DNA of 59,318 bases, from positions 1 through 59,318 of the IMG/VR virus record IMGVR_UViG_3300023174_000187, one strand, 5' to 3'. This document shows, one piece after another, positions 8,884 through 18,834 of this stretch (positions within the stretch are counted from its first letter, which is position 1; each line of letters starts with the position of its first letter). The stretch comes from a virus. Taxonomy: Duplodnaviria; Caudoviricetes. The notes beneath the pieces were generated by a model. That model saw only the letters and a program-made list of their open reading frames with translations, was not told the origin of the DNA and did no database searches. The position numbers were made by a program, and so were the translations under genes.

Positions 8884-9026
8884 CAGAACGCTTAGGGAGG
8901 ACTGTCAGCGAATTACTTTATGGCAGTCCTTCCCACAAGCCTATTTCTGCCGAAGAATTGAACGAATGGGAATCGCTAGAGCGGTTGCGGGTCTTTGAAC
9001 AAGAACAAGCAATGAAGAAAAAATAG
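8835..9026 (+). CDS. -1 frameshift extension of the tail chaperone (G-T)
   Basis: Slippery G GGA AAA at 8835-8841; -1 frame reads RFLRNGYRRFVFELAERLGRTVSELL...EW to TAG 9026. Confidence 0.85.
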   Translation, partial: GKRFLRNGYRRFVFELAERLGRTVSELLYGSPSHKPISAEELNEWESLERLRVFEQEQAMKKK

Positions 9027-9036
9027 GAGGTGAAGC

Positions 9037-12000
9037 GTGGCAACTGTTGTTGATTTGTTAGCAAGGTTCCGCGCCGATACCTCGAATTTTAGTGCGGGAA
9101 TCCAAAAAGCCCGTACAGATATGTTGGCTTTTGAAAAATCCGCTTATGGCGGTGCAGGTAATATCGGAAAAGGTTTTGACGGGCTAAACAGCAAAAGTGT
9201 TGCTTTAGGTGCAGCAATTGGTACTGCTATCGGTCAAGTTGCAACACAAGCATTGTTGAAGGCTGGACAGGCTGCAAAATCATTTATTGTTGATAGCGTC
9301 AAAGGAGCATCAGACCTAAACGAATCCACAACAAAAACAGAAGCAATCTTTGAAGGTGCAACCGACACCATCATGAAGTTTGCTAGTGGAGCGGCTACAG
9401 CAATGGGTCAGTCTAAGCAACAGGCTTTAGACGCTGCTGGCACTTTTGGTATTTACGGTCGTTCGGCTGGTTTGTCAGGTCAAGCACTCGCTGATTTTGC
9501 TATGCAGCAAACAGCACTAGCATCAGATTTGGCTTCTTTCTATAACAAGAGTCCCGAAGAAGCGATTGTTGCTCTCGGGGCTGCTTTCCGCGGTCAAACA
9601 GAACCAGCCCGTGCTTTCGGTGTTCTTATGGACGATATGTCTATGAGAGCAGCAGCACTCAAATTGGGAATCATTTCAAGCACAAAAGAAGCATTGACTC
9701 CTCAAAATAAAGTTTTGGCTGCTAACGCTTTGATTATGGAACAGACAAAGGTTGCTCAAGGCGACTTTGCTAAAACATCCGCTGGTCTTGCTAACCAACA
9801 GCGTATTTTGGCAGCACAGTTGACTAACACTAAAACACAATTTGGTCAGGCTCTTTTGCCTACAGTTTTGTCAGTCGTAGGTGCTTTCAACACCCAAGTA
9901 CTGCCAGCGTTTACAGCAATGTCAGATAAATTCAAAACTCTTGTTTCAACAATTACAAGTCAGGTTGCTCCAGTTTTTGCTAATCTAAAAACAGTATTTT
10001 CAAATCTAATTACCGCAATAGGTCCAACAGTTTCAATGATTGGTGGATTGTTAGCAATTGCTTTTGTAACAGTTGTAAATGTAGCAAAACAATTCACATC
10101 GGTTTTGGCAAGCGTGACTGGTTTCTTGGCTAAAAACAAGGGAATTGTTATGGCTATTGCAGCGGGCTTCATCCTTCTTGGTGGTGCTATCGCTGGAGCG
10201 ACGCTTGCTTTCAAAATCCAAATGGCATTGACAAAAGCGTATGCGGTTGTGCAAGTATTGATGAATCTCGGAAACCTCGCAAGTATCGCTTCAACAAATA
10301 CGCTTGCAGCGTCAATGTTGGCTTTGAACGCAACACTCCGCGCTAATCCAATTGGTGCGATTGTGACAGTTATCGCGCTTTTGGTCGCTGGTCTCATTCT
10401 TGCGTGGAAAAAATCTCAAACATTCCGCGATGTAGTAGCAAAAGTTTTTGAAGTCGTTGCAAATGTTGTTTTCTTGGCTATCAAAGCAGTTCTTTCATAT
10501 ATGAAAATGATGGTCAATTTTTGGATGAGCGCAGCAGAACTTGTTCTCAAAGGCGCAGTCAAAATGTTTGGTTGGATTCCTGGAATCGGCGGAAAAGTAA
10601 AAGCGGCAGCAGCAGGTTTTGAAAAACTTCATGATGGGGTAAATGACACCTTTGATAAAGTTATCAAGGGCGCAGAAGGTATGAAAAATAAAGTAACCGC
10701 TGCCGTAAAAGGTGCAGCAAAAGCAGCGGGTAAATCAGGAGATGATGCTAAAACTAAGTCTAAAACCAAAACAAAAACAAAAAATAAAGTTACAGATGCG
10801 GTAGTTCCACCAAGTACAGAAGATTTGAAGGCTAAAGCAGATGAACTTCTCAAGACTCGCGGAGAAGGTGCAGCAAATATCGCAGGTATGCTCAAGTCAG
10901 TTCTTGGTCAACCAAATGATTTGCAAAAGGCTTTAGGTGGTGTTACTTCTACAGCGGACTCCATCATTTCATCTTATGAAAAAACAATGGATGCAGTTGG
11001 CTCTCGCTTGAAGGATATAAAAGGTCCTAAAAAAGATGCTTTGATGAAGTACTTGAACGATTCATACACTCAACTTTTGGCTTATGCTAAAAAGCGCGAT
11101 GAAGTTGCTAAAAAACTTGAAGCAGCACAAAAGAAACTTGAAGATGCGGTTGCGAAACGAGATGACTTCGCTGCTAACACCAAAAAGTCATTGTCAGATT
11201 TTGCTACAGCAGCAGGAATCCTTTCTAAAGAAGATGCAGTAGCGGTTGTAAATATTGTAAAAACTGCAACTGGATATATGTTGACTCAGGCTAAAGGTGG
11301 CACAAGTGTAGTTGACGGAATTACAACTCAACTAAAAGCCCGACTTGAACAAATCACTACATTCTCAAAAAACATAAAGAAATTGTTGGCTAATGGTCTA
11401 AATAAAACTTATGTTGAACAACTATTGACCGCAGGTCCCGAAGCAGCGGGCGCAACAGCAGCAGCCCTTGTTGATGCAAGTAAAACACAAATTGGTGAAA
11501 TCAATGGCTTGTACACAGATATAGCAAAAGTTTCCGATTCATTCGGAACACAAATGGGCGAATCTATGTACGGAGCAGCAGTAAAATCGGCTCAAGGTTT
11601 AGTTGATGGTTACCAAGCGCAATATGACGCAATTGTTGCAGCAATGGACCAAATTGCAGCAGGAATTACAGCGGTTCTTGAACCTCTTGGTAAAGAAGGT
11701 AAGGCATTGGGCGACGCAATGACTCAAGGCTTGCTCGACTCTATTGACGCAGCAATTCCAGGACTTGTAGCAAAAGCAAAAGAACTTGCGGATAAAGTAG
11801 CGGCAGCAATGAAGGTTGTTGTTCCAAGTGGAAATACAACTACAGATACATCTAAGAAACCAGTTGTAGTTCCTAAAACGGGAACAGGGACAACAAATAC
11901 AACCACACTTGCAGGAATTATGTCCGCTAGTTATATGGCTCCATATTCCAAGCCAGCACCAGTTCCAGTTCCAGTTCCTAAGGCTAAAACTGACCGTGAA

Positions 12001-12180
12001 ATGGATGCTTATTTGAGTTCTATTGGTTCAAAATATGCTCCTCAAATAACAAATGTTGCAAAGGGAGCAGTTGACATTACTATCAGCGGTGCAGATTCAG
12101 CAAAATTAGATGAAGAATTGTTAGGCGATGTAATGAATCGTAAACTACTTGAGGCTCTCAATGGAAGAAGGAATGGCTAA
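9037..12180 (+). CDS. Tape measure protein
   Basis: 1047 aa, Ala-rich and helical with hydrophobic ANPIG segments; follows the chaperones. Confidence 0.95.
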   Translation: MATVVDLLARFRADTSNFSAGIQKARTDMLAFEKSAYGGAGNIGKGFDGLNSKSVALGAAIGTAIGQVATQALLKAGQAAKSFIVDSVKGASDLNESTTKTEAIFEGATDTIMKFASGAATAMGQSKQQALDAAGTFGIYGRSAGLSGQALADFAMQQTALASDLASFYNKSPEEAIVALGAAFRGQTEPARAFGVLMDDMSMRAAALKLGIISSTKEALTPQNKVLAANALIMEQTKVAQGDFAKTSAGLANQQRILAAQLTNTKTQFGQALLPTVLSVVGAFNTQVLPAFTAMSDKFKTLVSTITSQVAPVFANLKTVFSNLITAIGPTVSMIGGLLAIAFVTVVNVAKQFTSVLASVTGFLAKNKGIVMAIAAGFILLGGAIAGATLAFKIQMALTKAYAVVQVLMNLGNLASIASTNTLAASMLALNATLRANPIGAIVTVIALLVAGLILAWKKSQTFRDVVAKVFEVVANVVFLAIKAVLSYMKMMVNFWMSAAELVLKGAVKMFGWIPGIGGKVKAAAAGFEKLHDGVNDTFDKVIKGAEGMKNKVTAAVKGAAKAAGKSGDDAKTKSKTKTKTKNKVTDAVVPPSTEDLKAKADELLKTRGEGAANIAGMLKSVLGQPNDLQKALGGVTSTADSIISSYEKTMDAVGSRLKDIKGPKKDALMKYLNDSYTQLLAYAKKRDEVAKKLEAAQKKLEDAVAKRDDFAANTKKSLSDFATAAGILSKEDAVAVVNIVKTATGYMLTQAKGGTSVVDGITTQLKARLEQITTFSKNIKKLLANGLNKTYVEQLLTAGPEAAGATAAALVDASKTQIGEINGLYTDIAKVSDSFGTQMGESMYGAAVKSAQGLVDGYQAQYDAIVAAMDQIAAGITAVLEPLGKEGKALGDAMTQGLLDSIDAAIPGLVAKAKELADKVAAAMKVVVPSGNTTTDTSKKPVVVPKTGTGTTNTTTLAGIMSASYMAPYSKPAPVPVPVPKAKTDREMDAYLSSIGSKYAPQITNVAKGAVDITISGADSAKLDEELLGDVMNRKLLEALNGRRNG

Positions 12181-13697
12181 TGGCGGTCACAACAGTTGTT
12201 CCCGATAGTTTAGCCTCAGGTACATCTTTTACAATCTTTGGTGGTGCGGGTTCAATAAATGCAGCACTTAGCGATGCTTCTGACAGCACTTATATTTCTA
12301 AGACATCCTCGGTTGTTGGTCAAGCGTCAGCATTGTTAGATTTTGGTACTACAACAATCACCTCTACTCAACAGGTCAAGCGCGTTCGTGTTCGCGCTCG
12401 CCTTTCAACTCCGACAGCAAATGGTCGAATCAATGTTTATCTTGGCTCAAGAATTAGTAATCAAAACTATTTTCATTCAGCGTTGACAGCCCGAGGTCTT
12501 TTGACCATTCAAACTCTCGTAGGTCCGTGGCAGACATCTGCTCCAAACGGTTCATCTTGGACTCAAGCAGCAATCAATGGTTTGCGCGTAAAGGTAACCG
12601 AGTATGGTGATTCATCGGATATTGGTCTTGTTTACGAACTTTTTGTAGATGTTGATATTGTCAACCAGCCTTCTGTAACCGTTTCTTCCCCAACGGGTTC
12701 AATTAGTGCTACAACTTCGCCCGATGTTATTTGGTCATATACCGATTCAGACCTTGAAACTCAGTCTTACTATCAAATCAAGGTATTTACGGCAGCGCAA
12801 TATGGTGCAGCAGGATTTTCAGCGTCAACCGCAACAGCAACATATGATTCAGGTCAAATTGCTTCATCCGATTCAACAGCGGTAGTTGGAACCTTGTTGT
12901 TGTCAGGTGTTTACCGCGCATATGTTCGTGTAGCAAAAACAGTAAACGGCTCTCCATTTTTTAGCGCATATGCTTATTCCGATTTTACAATTTCTCCAGC
13001 CTCAGTTCCAACAGTCCCGACTTTGGCAGCATCTTGGTCGTCAAGTTTGAGCAAAGCCTCTTTTACAATCACAGGTGCTATACCAACAGGTTTTGCAAGT
13101 CAATACTTCCAAGTTCAAAGAAGTGATGACGCAGGTGTTACTTATTCAAATATTAGAAACGCTTCTGCAATCACTCCCAATGCCAGTTATGTTGGTACAG
13201 CGGAAGATTACGAAGCACCTAGAGGGTCAACGGTTTTGTATCGCGCTCGCGCAGTTGGTGTGACATCAGGTTCAGTTGAAATCCCTTCTGCTTATGGAAC
13301 CGTGCAACAAGTATTGATTACAAACGATTCAACATGGTGGTTCAAGGCTATTGCCAACAGTGCGTATAACATCGGAAGCGTCCGTGTTTTGAAACAAATT
13401 GATGTAACAATTGAAGAACCGAATACTGTATTTCGTCCGCTTGGAGCAACTCGTCCAATTGTTGTTGCAGGTCCATTACAAGGCGAAGATGGCAGTTACA
13501 GTATTTTGACCGTAACAGCAGCGGAATACACCGCATTGTCTCCAATCTTGAATTATCAAGGTACTTTGTTGGTTCAAGACCCGTTCGGTAATCAAAAGTA
13601 CATCCGAATCACTTCACGCCAGTATTCAGCGGAAACAATCAATGGTGTAATTCAAAGAACATTCTCTGTTGGATATGTACAAGTAAGTAGCACATAA
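12180..13697 (+). CDS. Minor tail protein (Fn3/Ig-like repeats)
   Basis: Ser/Thr-rich beta protein directly after the tape measure gene. Confidence 0.75.
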   Translation: MAVTTVVPDSLASGTSFTIFGGAGSINAALSDASDSTYISKTSSVVGQASALLDFGTTTITSTQQVKRVRVRARLSTPTANGRINVYLGSRISNQNYFHSALTARGLLTIQTLVGPWQTSAPNGSSWTQAAINGLRVKVTEYGDSSDIGLVYELFVDVDIVNQPSVTVSSPTGSISATTSPDVIWSYTDSDLETQSYYQIKVFTAAQYGAAGFSASTATATYDSGQIASSDSTAVVGTLLLSGVYRAYVRVAKTVNGSPFFSAYAYSDFTISPASVPTVPTLAASWSSSLSKASFTITGAIPTGFASQYFQVQRSDDAGVTYSNIRNASAITPNASYVGTAEDYEAPRGSTVLYRARAVGVTSGSVEIPSAYGTVQQVLITNDSTWWFKAIANSAYNIGSVRVLKQIDVTIEEPNTVFRPLGATRPIVVAGPLQGEDGSYSILTVTAAEYTALSPILNYQGTLLVQDPFGNQKYIRITSRQYSAETINGVIQRTFSVGYVQVSST

Positions 13698-14842
13698 TGT
13701 ACCCAGCAAGCGCAGCCCTAAAAGCAGCAATTCTTACCGACCATATTGTTATTGCAAAAGCAGAAATTTGGTCATCTGACCAAAAGTTGACCACTTTGAA
13801 CATTGATTCAGGCTCAGTATCAATCAATGCCAAAAACTCAACCCGTAGAAATTGCAGCGTAAAACTTGTAACAGATAGAACAACCGCCAATCTTGTGCCA
13901 AAAAGCGACTTTGATTACCTATCCCCGTATGGAAATGAATTGCGCTTGTTTAGAGGAGTTCAATTCAAAGATGGAACAACCGAATATGTTCCTTTGGGCG
14001 TTTTTGTTATGACCACAGTTGATATATCGGACACCAATGAAGGCGTTAGTATTTCAATTCAAGGTGAAGATAGGTCAATTATTGTTTCCCGCGCTAAATG
14101 GTTAGAACCGTATCAAATGGCAAGTACCACTCTTGAAGCAGCAATTTTAGCAATGTTGAAAACTCGTTATGCGGATGTTCAAACAAGTTTTCCGACTACC
14201 AATATAACTATTGGTCAAATTGTTTTAGGAAATGACCAAGATAACGACCCGTGGAAAGACGCGGTTCAATTATGCGAATTAGTTGGATATGATTTGTATT
14301 TCAACGCAGACGGTGTTGTTGTTATGAACCAATTTCCAACTCTTGATGGTTCTGTTGTAGTCAAAAAATTCTCAGAAACAGATGGAACAACAATTACAAG
14401 TTTGAATAGAACAATTTCAACAAAAGAAACCTACAATGGAATTATTTATATTGTTGAAGGTACTCAGGTAGCAAGTCCAATTCGCGTCACCATTTGGGAC
14501 GAAGATAGCACTAGCCCAACCTACCGATTTGGTGCATTTGGACAAGTTCCAAAAGTTGTAAAAACAAACTTAGTTAGTACTGTCAATCAGGCAACAACAG
14601 CAGCAAAACTTTTGCTAAATACTTATATTGGTGCGCAAGAAACGATTAGATTTGATGGAATTGTTGACCCAACTCTCGAAGCACAAGATGTTGTTTATGT
14701 AAAATCAATTGGTTCATATGTTGACCGATTAGTTATTATTGATTCAATTACAATCCCTTTATCCCCAAATGAAGTTATGACAGCAGATGCTCGAATCGTT
14801 CGTGTAATCTCTGCTGGTGAGACGATTGTTGTAGGTGTGTAA
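13697..14842 (+). CDS. Tail hub protein, DUF5047-like
   Basis: GSVS...RR, LSPYGNELRL.RG, EYVPLGVF, YNG motifs of actinophage tail hubs. Confidence 0.75.
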   Translation: MYPASAALKAAILTDHIVIAKAEIWSSDQKLTTLNIDSGSVSINAKNSTRRNCSVKLVTDRTTANLVPKSDFDYLSPYGNELRLFRGVQFKDGTTEYVPLGVFVMTTVDISDTNEGVSISIQGEDRSIIVSRAKWLEPYQMASTTLEAAILAMLKTRYADVQTSFPTTNITIGQIVLGNDQDNDPWKDAVQLCELVGYDLYFNADGVVVMNQFPTLDGSVVVKKFSETDGTTITSLNRTISTKETYNGIIYIVEGTQVASPIRVTIWDEDSTSPTYRFGAFGQVPKVVKTNLVSTVNQATTAAKLLLNTYIGAQETIRFDGIVDPTLEAQDVVYVKSIGSYVDRLVIIDSITIPLSPNEVMTADARIVRVISAGETIVVGV

Positions 14843-15072
14843 TGGACTTGAATGACATTATTTTCAAATTTACCGACCAAAAACAAGGTTTGCAGTTGCG
14901 TCAAGGTGTTGTAACAGCGACGGCAGCGGGTAGTTGTTCTGTAGCAATATCGGGTTCGACTACTTCAATTACATTGGTAAAATATCTTGCTAGTTACACT
15001 CCAACAAACAACGATAAAGTTTTCATGCTAATTGACGGAAAAGATGTTCTTATATTGGGCAAGTTGGGTTAG
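14842..15072 (+). CDS. Small tail-tip OB-fold protein
   Basis: LASYTP..NDKV...ILGK. Confidence 0.6.
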   Translation: MDLNDIIFKFTDQKQGLQLRQGVVTATAAGSCSVAISGSTTSITLVKYLASYTPTNNDKVFMLIDGKDVLILGKLG

Positions 15073-15103
15073 GTTTTTGCCCTTTAGCATTTAGACTTTA
15101 GAC

Positions 15104-15400
15104 ATGACTTTTGCCGAATATACTCAAATTATCGGCGCAACCACAGGTGCATTTTTAGGTGTGGTGGCGGTCATGAGCCGTCTTATATGGAGACCCATGA
15201 AAAATAACATCAAACGAGACATTGAAACGATGCTCGATGAGCGTCTAGGACCAATAGAAAAAGCCACGGCGCAGTTGCTAACCAATGGTGGGTCACATTT
15301 GGCTGATAAAGTAATACGACTGGAAGAACGCCAGTCAGGAATTGCCACAAGGCTTGATGATATTTTTGATATGGTCAAGGCAATGGCTATAAAGGAGTAA
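15104..15400 (+). CDS. Single-TM coiled-coil protein (lysis-associated)
   Basis: N-terminal TM; NGGSHLADKV.RLE motif. Confidence 0.65.
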   Translation: MTFAEYTQIIGATTGAFLGVVAVMSRLIWRPMKNNIKRDIETMLDERLGPIEKATAQLLTNGGSHLADKVIRLEERQSGIATRLDDIFDMVKAMAIKE

Positions 15401-15402
15401 TC

Positions 15403-15708
15403 ATGGATGCAAAAAATTTACAAATGCTCAAGTCGTATGGTCGCCATCTTCTCGGAGCAATCATTACAGCAGTTGTTGTTGTAGGTAACGGAAAGTCTCC
15501 AATTTCATTTACAGCAGACCAATGGGTCGAAATTCTAAACGCAGCGTGGGTGGCAGGTATCCCAGTTGCATTGCGTTATTTCAATAAGAAAGACCCTGCA
15601 TTTGGAAAAATCGCAAAAGATGTTGCAGAAGTCACAAAATTAGAGTTAGAAAAGCAAGTTCGTAAAACAGTAAAGAAGAAAGCAGCACCAGCAAAGAAAA
15701 AGCCTTAG
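15403..15708 (+). CDS. Putative holin
   Basis: Two hydrophobic segments, PVALRYFN.KD.AFG, basic C-terminus. Confidence 0.65.
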   Translation: MDAKNLQMLKSYGRHLLGAIITAVVVVGNGKSPISFTADQWVEILNAAWVAGIPVALRYFNKKDPAFGKIAKDVAEVTKLELEKQVRKTVKKKAAPAKKKP

Positions 15709-15726
15709 TCCAATCCGTCACAAAGC

Positions 15727-15760
15727 AAAAGCCTCCTTGACCGAAATCTTGGAGGCTTTT
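15727..15760. terminator. Intrinsic terminator, possibly bidirectional
   Basis: AAAAGCCTCC...GGAGGCTTTT. Confidence 0.8.
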
Positions 15761-15896
15761 GTGTTCTCAAACCAGGGAGGCTATTTGAACAAGGCAATTG
15801 AAGCGCAACGCCGTCAAAAAGTCAATATTGACCGAATGGCGTTTCTGTTATATGTTTTGTCACCCCTCATCCGAGGGGCTTATACAGGGAGATAAA

Positions 15897-16448
15897 ATGG
15901 CTTTTGACCTTTCACAATACGAATTAGTTGAAGATAGAATTCGCGCCTTTTGGGAAAAGTACCCAAATGGTCGCTTGATTACAGATGTAAAATTCCACAC
16001 TCGCGATAATGGTGCAATTGTTTGGACTTGTTACTCAATGTTGTTTATTGACAAAGAAGATGCGCGTCCAACTACGACGGGTTTTGCTATGGAAGTTGAA
16101 GGTTCAACTAATGTCAATAAATACAGCGCAGCGGAAAATTGTGAGACTTCTAGCCTCGGTCGCTGTTTAGCCAATTTCTTGTTTGCAGCAAAAGGCAAGA
16201 GAGCCTCAGAATCCGAAATGAAAAAGGTCAAGCGAATGACCGATGAAGAAAAAGCACCAAAAGTTCCAGTTGTGTATCAGGACGCAAAACCATTCTTTGA
16301 CGCTCTTGAAGTAAGCGACACGATTGAAAGTCTCGAAGTCGTTCGCAACAAAATCACCGAGAATCGTGCAAAACTCGCGCCCGCAGATTTAGACGCACTG
16401 CGCAATGTTTATGACGCGAGAAAGGTTGCTATTGAAGCCACGCTATGA
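15897..16448 (+). CDS. Putative ssDNA-annealing recombinase (Rad52/Sak-like)
   Basis: Y..V..RI..F...YP.G; ENCETSSLGRCLA; start placed at the ATG after GGGAG. Confidence 0.55.
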   Translation: MAFDLSQYELVEDRIRAFWEKYPNGRLITDVKFHTRDNGAIVWTCYSMLFIDKEDARPTTTGFAMEVEGSTNVNKYSAAENCETSSLGRCLANFLFAAKGKRASESEMKKVKRMTDEEKAPKVPVVYQDAKPFFDALEVSDTIESLEVVRNKITENRAKLAPADLDALRNVYDARKVAIEATL

Positions 16449-17191
16449 GTATCCGACTTATGACGCAAGTATGGGAGTTAGACCTTCCTCTTGCGGATAA
16501 GATGGTGCTTCTTGTTATTGCCGACCATGCTTCTGATGACGGCACTAATAGTTATCCATCTGTAGGGACTATTGCTAGAAAGTCCTCCATGTCCTCAAGA
16601 AATGTTCAACGGTGTTTGTCGCGCCTTGAAGGTCAAGGCTTGATTTCTGTTGCTAGGCAACAAGGTGGTCCCGCTTACTATGACCCGAGCAGGAGACCTA
16701 ATGCCTACACAATAAACGGGGCGACATTCAGTCACCTCACTATTGAACGGGGTGACCCACAGTCATCCCGCGGGGCGACAATAGAGACAGCACCCCCTGA
16801 CGGTATGTCACCCAAACCATCAATAGAACCATTAGTAGAACCATCCATTATTAGTGTCCCCAACAAGTATTCAGAAATTTGGGGAACAGCGGAAGATTTG
16901 GCGAATTACCTTGCGGACAAAATCGAAGGCAATGGTTCAAAGCGTCCATCCGTAACACATGATTGGATTCTTACTATGGCGCGGTTGGTGGATATTGACC
17001 AGCGGACTCCCGAACAGGTTCGCAGTGCAGTTGATTGGTGTCAAGCGGACGACTTTTGGGCGGGGAATATCCTCAGTCCGATGGCACTCCGAAAACAGTA
17101 CGAAAGGTTGCGATTACAAGCGACCCGAAAGAAAAAAGGCAAAACAGGCGTATCCGCCGTCATGGACTATTTATCGGAGGTGCAGGAATGA
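16445..17191 (+). CDS. Replication initiator with N-terminal wHTH
   Basis: KMVLLVIADHA...SYPSVGTIARK..MS.RNVQR; C-terminal DDFWAGNILSP..LRKQY. Confidence 0.8.
   Translation: MSIRLMTQVWELDLPLADKMVLLVIADHASDDGTNSYPSVGTIARKSSMSSRNVQRCLSRLEGQGLISVARQQGGPAYYDPSRRPNAYTINGATFSHLTIERGDPQSSRGATIETAPPDGMSPKPSIEPLVEPSIISVPNKYSEIWGTAEDLANYLADKIEGNGSKRPSVTHDWILTMARLVDIDQRTPEQVRSAVDWCQADDFWAGNILSPMALRKQYERLRLQATRKKKGKTGVSAVMDYLSEVQE
16717..16813. repeat. Putative origin iterons inside the initiator gene
   Basis: Four GGGGYGAC-N5-GTCAY-like units at about 16717, 16748, 16771 and 16795. Confidence 0.55.
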
Positions 17192-17706
17192 ATCAAAAAG
17201 AAGCAGCGTCACTCGTCGGAGCATTAGCAGCGGGTTATCCACAATGGCAGGTCACAAAAGAAACCGTCGCAGTTTGGGCGGATTTGATGTCCGACCTCGA
17301 CTATACGGAAACTCGAACAGTTGTTCGAGAATGGTTGTTGACGGAAGATAGACCGCCAAGTCCCGCAGCCATCCGTCGCGCCATCGCAGGGAGTAGGGGT
17401 ATAACAGCCCCCAGTAGGGCTACGGCGTGGGCGGAGGTGCAGTTGGGTATTTCGACCTCAGAATCCAACCGCAGACCCGCATTTAGCCATCCAGCCATTT
17501 CTAAAGCAGTTGAAACAATCGGATGGTGGGAAATTCGGACAAGCACAAATCTCGATACCTTGCGCTCGCAATTTTGGAAGGTGTATGACGAGTACGCCCA
17601 AGAAGCCGACAAGCAAGCATTGACTTCTCAACAATTGTCATTGGGCGGAAGGGAGCGTCAAGCAATTGTCGGAATTCAGACCAGTCCCGAAACCTCCCAA
17701 GCGTGA
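17188..17706 (+). CDS. Helicase loader/inhibitor (G39P-like)
   Basis: MNQKEA..L...L...YP; W..L..DLDY; PPSPA.IR; AW.EV; start at ATGA overlap 17188. Confidence 0.7.
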   Translation: MNQKEAASLVGALAAGYPQWQVTKETVAVWADLMSDLDYTETRTVVREWLLTEDRPPSPAAIRRAIAGSRGITAPSRATAWAEVQLGISTSESNRRPAFSHPAISKAVETIGWWEIRTSTNLDTLRSQFWKVYDEYAQEADKQALTSQQLSLGGRERQAIVGIQTSPETSQA

Positions 17707-18052
17707 AAAAAAAATTCAAAAGCGAATTCGCCCAAAGTCAAAAAAATTAGTCAAGAAAGACGAGGTTTGGGCAGATGTTAGACAAATCGTCCTTGTTCGC
17801 GATGGATTCAAATGCGTCGCTCAGGTTAGTCAGTATTGTACAAAGAACGGAGAACACATCCATCATCTTCTCAGAAGGTCAGCGGGTGGAAGCCATGACC
17901 CTGACAATCTCATATCGTTATGTGCAGCGTGTCACGGATGGGTTCACGAACACCCTGCCGAGTCGCGAGCGCGAGGATGGCTTGTTTCCCGCTACGGTGT
18001 AGAGCGTGGAGACATGGACGGTGGAGTATCGGGAACGAGCATGGACGACTAA
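17666..18052 (+). CDS. HNH endonuclease
   Basis: RDGFKC...HHLLRRSAGG.H...NL..LCAACH..VH. Confidence 0.85.
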   Translation: MSEFRPVPKPPKREKKIQKRIRPKSKKLVKKDEVWADVRQIVLVRDGFKCVAQVSQYCTKNGEHIHHLLRRSAGGSHDPDNLISLCAACHGWVHEHPAESRARGWLVSRYGVERGDMDGGVSGTSMDD

Positions 18053-18368
18053 CGCCGAACGCAGTGGCAACAAATGGGAGCGAGCAAAACTTACAAAAAA
18101 ATGGCGCACAGATTTTGCAACGCTAGGTAAGTTTCACAAAGCCCCTAAATTTCAATGGGTTGACATAGTTGTAGATTTGACACTCAAAGGTCCATTGCAA
18201 GACACGGGTTCTTGCTTCCCCTCGGTAAAAGCAGCAGTTGATGGATTAGTTGATATTGGGATGTTGATTGATGACTCCCCGCAGTTTGTTCATTCGCTTT
18301 GCTTCACCGCTCCGACGCGCTCAAAAGAAAACATGATTCGATTGACCTTTACAGGTCCACTGCGGTAA
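18006..18368 (+). CDS. RusA-like Holliday junction resolvase
   Basis: D......KAAVDGLVD.G...DDS. Confidence 0.7.
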   Translation: METWTVEYRERAWTTNAERSGNKWERAKLTKKWRTDFATLGKFHKAPKFQWVDIVVDLTLKGPLQDTGSCFPSVKAAVDGLVDIGMLIDDSPQFVHSLCFTAPTRSKENMIRLTFTGPLR

Positions 18369-18407
18369 GTTTGGAAACCTAACCCCAGTTGAATAAAAGG
18401 AGATGAC

Positions 18408-18686
18408 ATGGCGCGGGCGCACAGGAAAAAGTTACCCCTAACGCCCGAACAGGTAGTTGAAAACGAAGGTTTGCTAAATGCTATTTCGGACGCAACAGAA
18501 GCAATTAGGTCAAGTCAAGAAACAATTCTCAACGCTTCAAATTTTAGAAGTCAACAAGTTTTAGAAGCAAGAAAAAACGGGATTTCATATCGCGCCATCG
18601 CTCAGGCAATGGGTACAAGTGAGCAGACCGTGTACAAAATTATCCAACCCCACTTAGTCAAAAAGGAGCAAGTAAATGATTTGTAA
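18408..18686 (+). CDS. HTH DNA-binding protein
   Basis: GISYRAIAQAMGTSEQTVYKI. Confidence 0.8.
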   Translation: MARAHRKKLPLTPEQVVENEGLLNAISDATEAIRSSQETILNASNFRSQQVLEARKNGISYRAIAQAMGTSEQTVYKIIQPHLVKKEQVNDL

Positions 18687-18834
18687 ATCTTGCATGGAAG
18701 GTGGCAAGGCTAACCGCGATGGAGATATTGAAAAAGCAATGAATTTTCATAGCGAGTGCGAATTCAAAGATTGTTGTTGTCAACACAAGACCAACACGGT
18801 TCACACAGAATCAGGAATCCACTTTTCATCGTGA
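18676..18834 (+). CDS. Small Cys/His-rich protein (not in ORF track)
   Basis: MICKSC...H..C..KDCCCQH; AAGGAG RBS. Confidence 0.6.
   Translation: MICKSCMEGGKANRDGDIEKAMNFHSECEFKDCCCQHKTNTVHTESGIHFSS

Noticed and set aside
10750-10790. KTKSKTKTKTKNK low-complexity run in the tape measure gene (also PVPVPVP near 11960)
   Set aside because: In-frame linker sequence with no sign of a regulatory or contingency repeat
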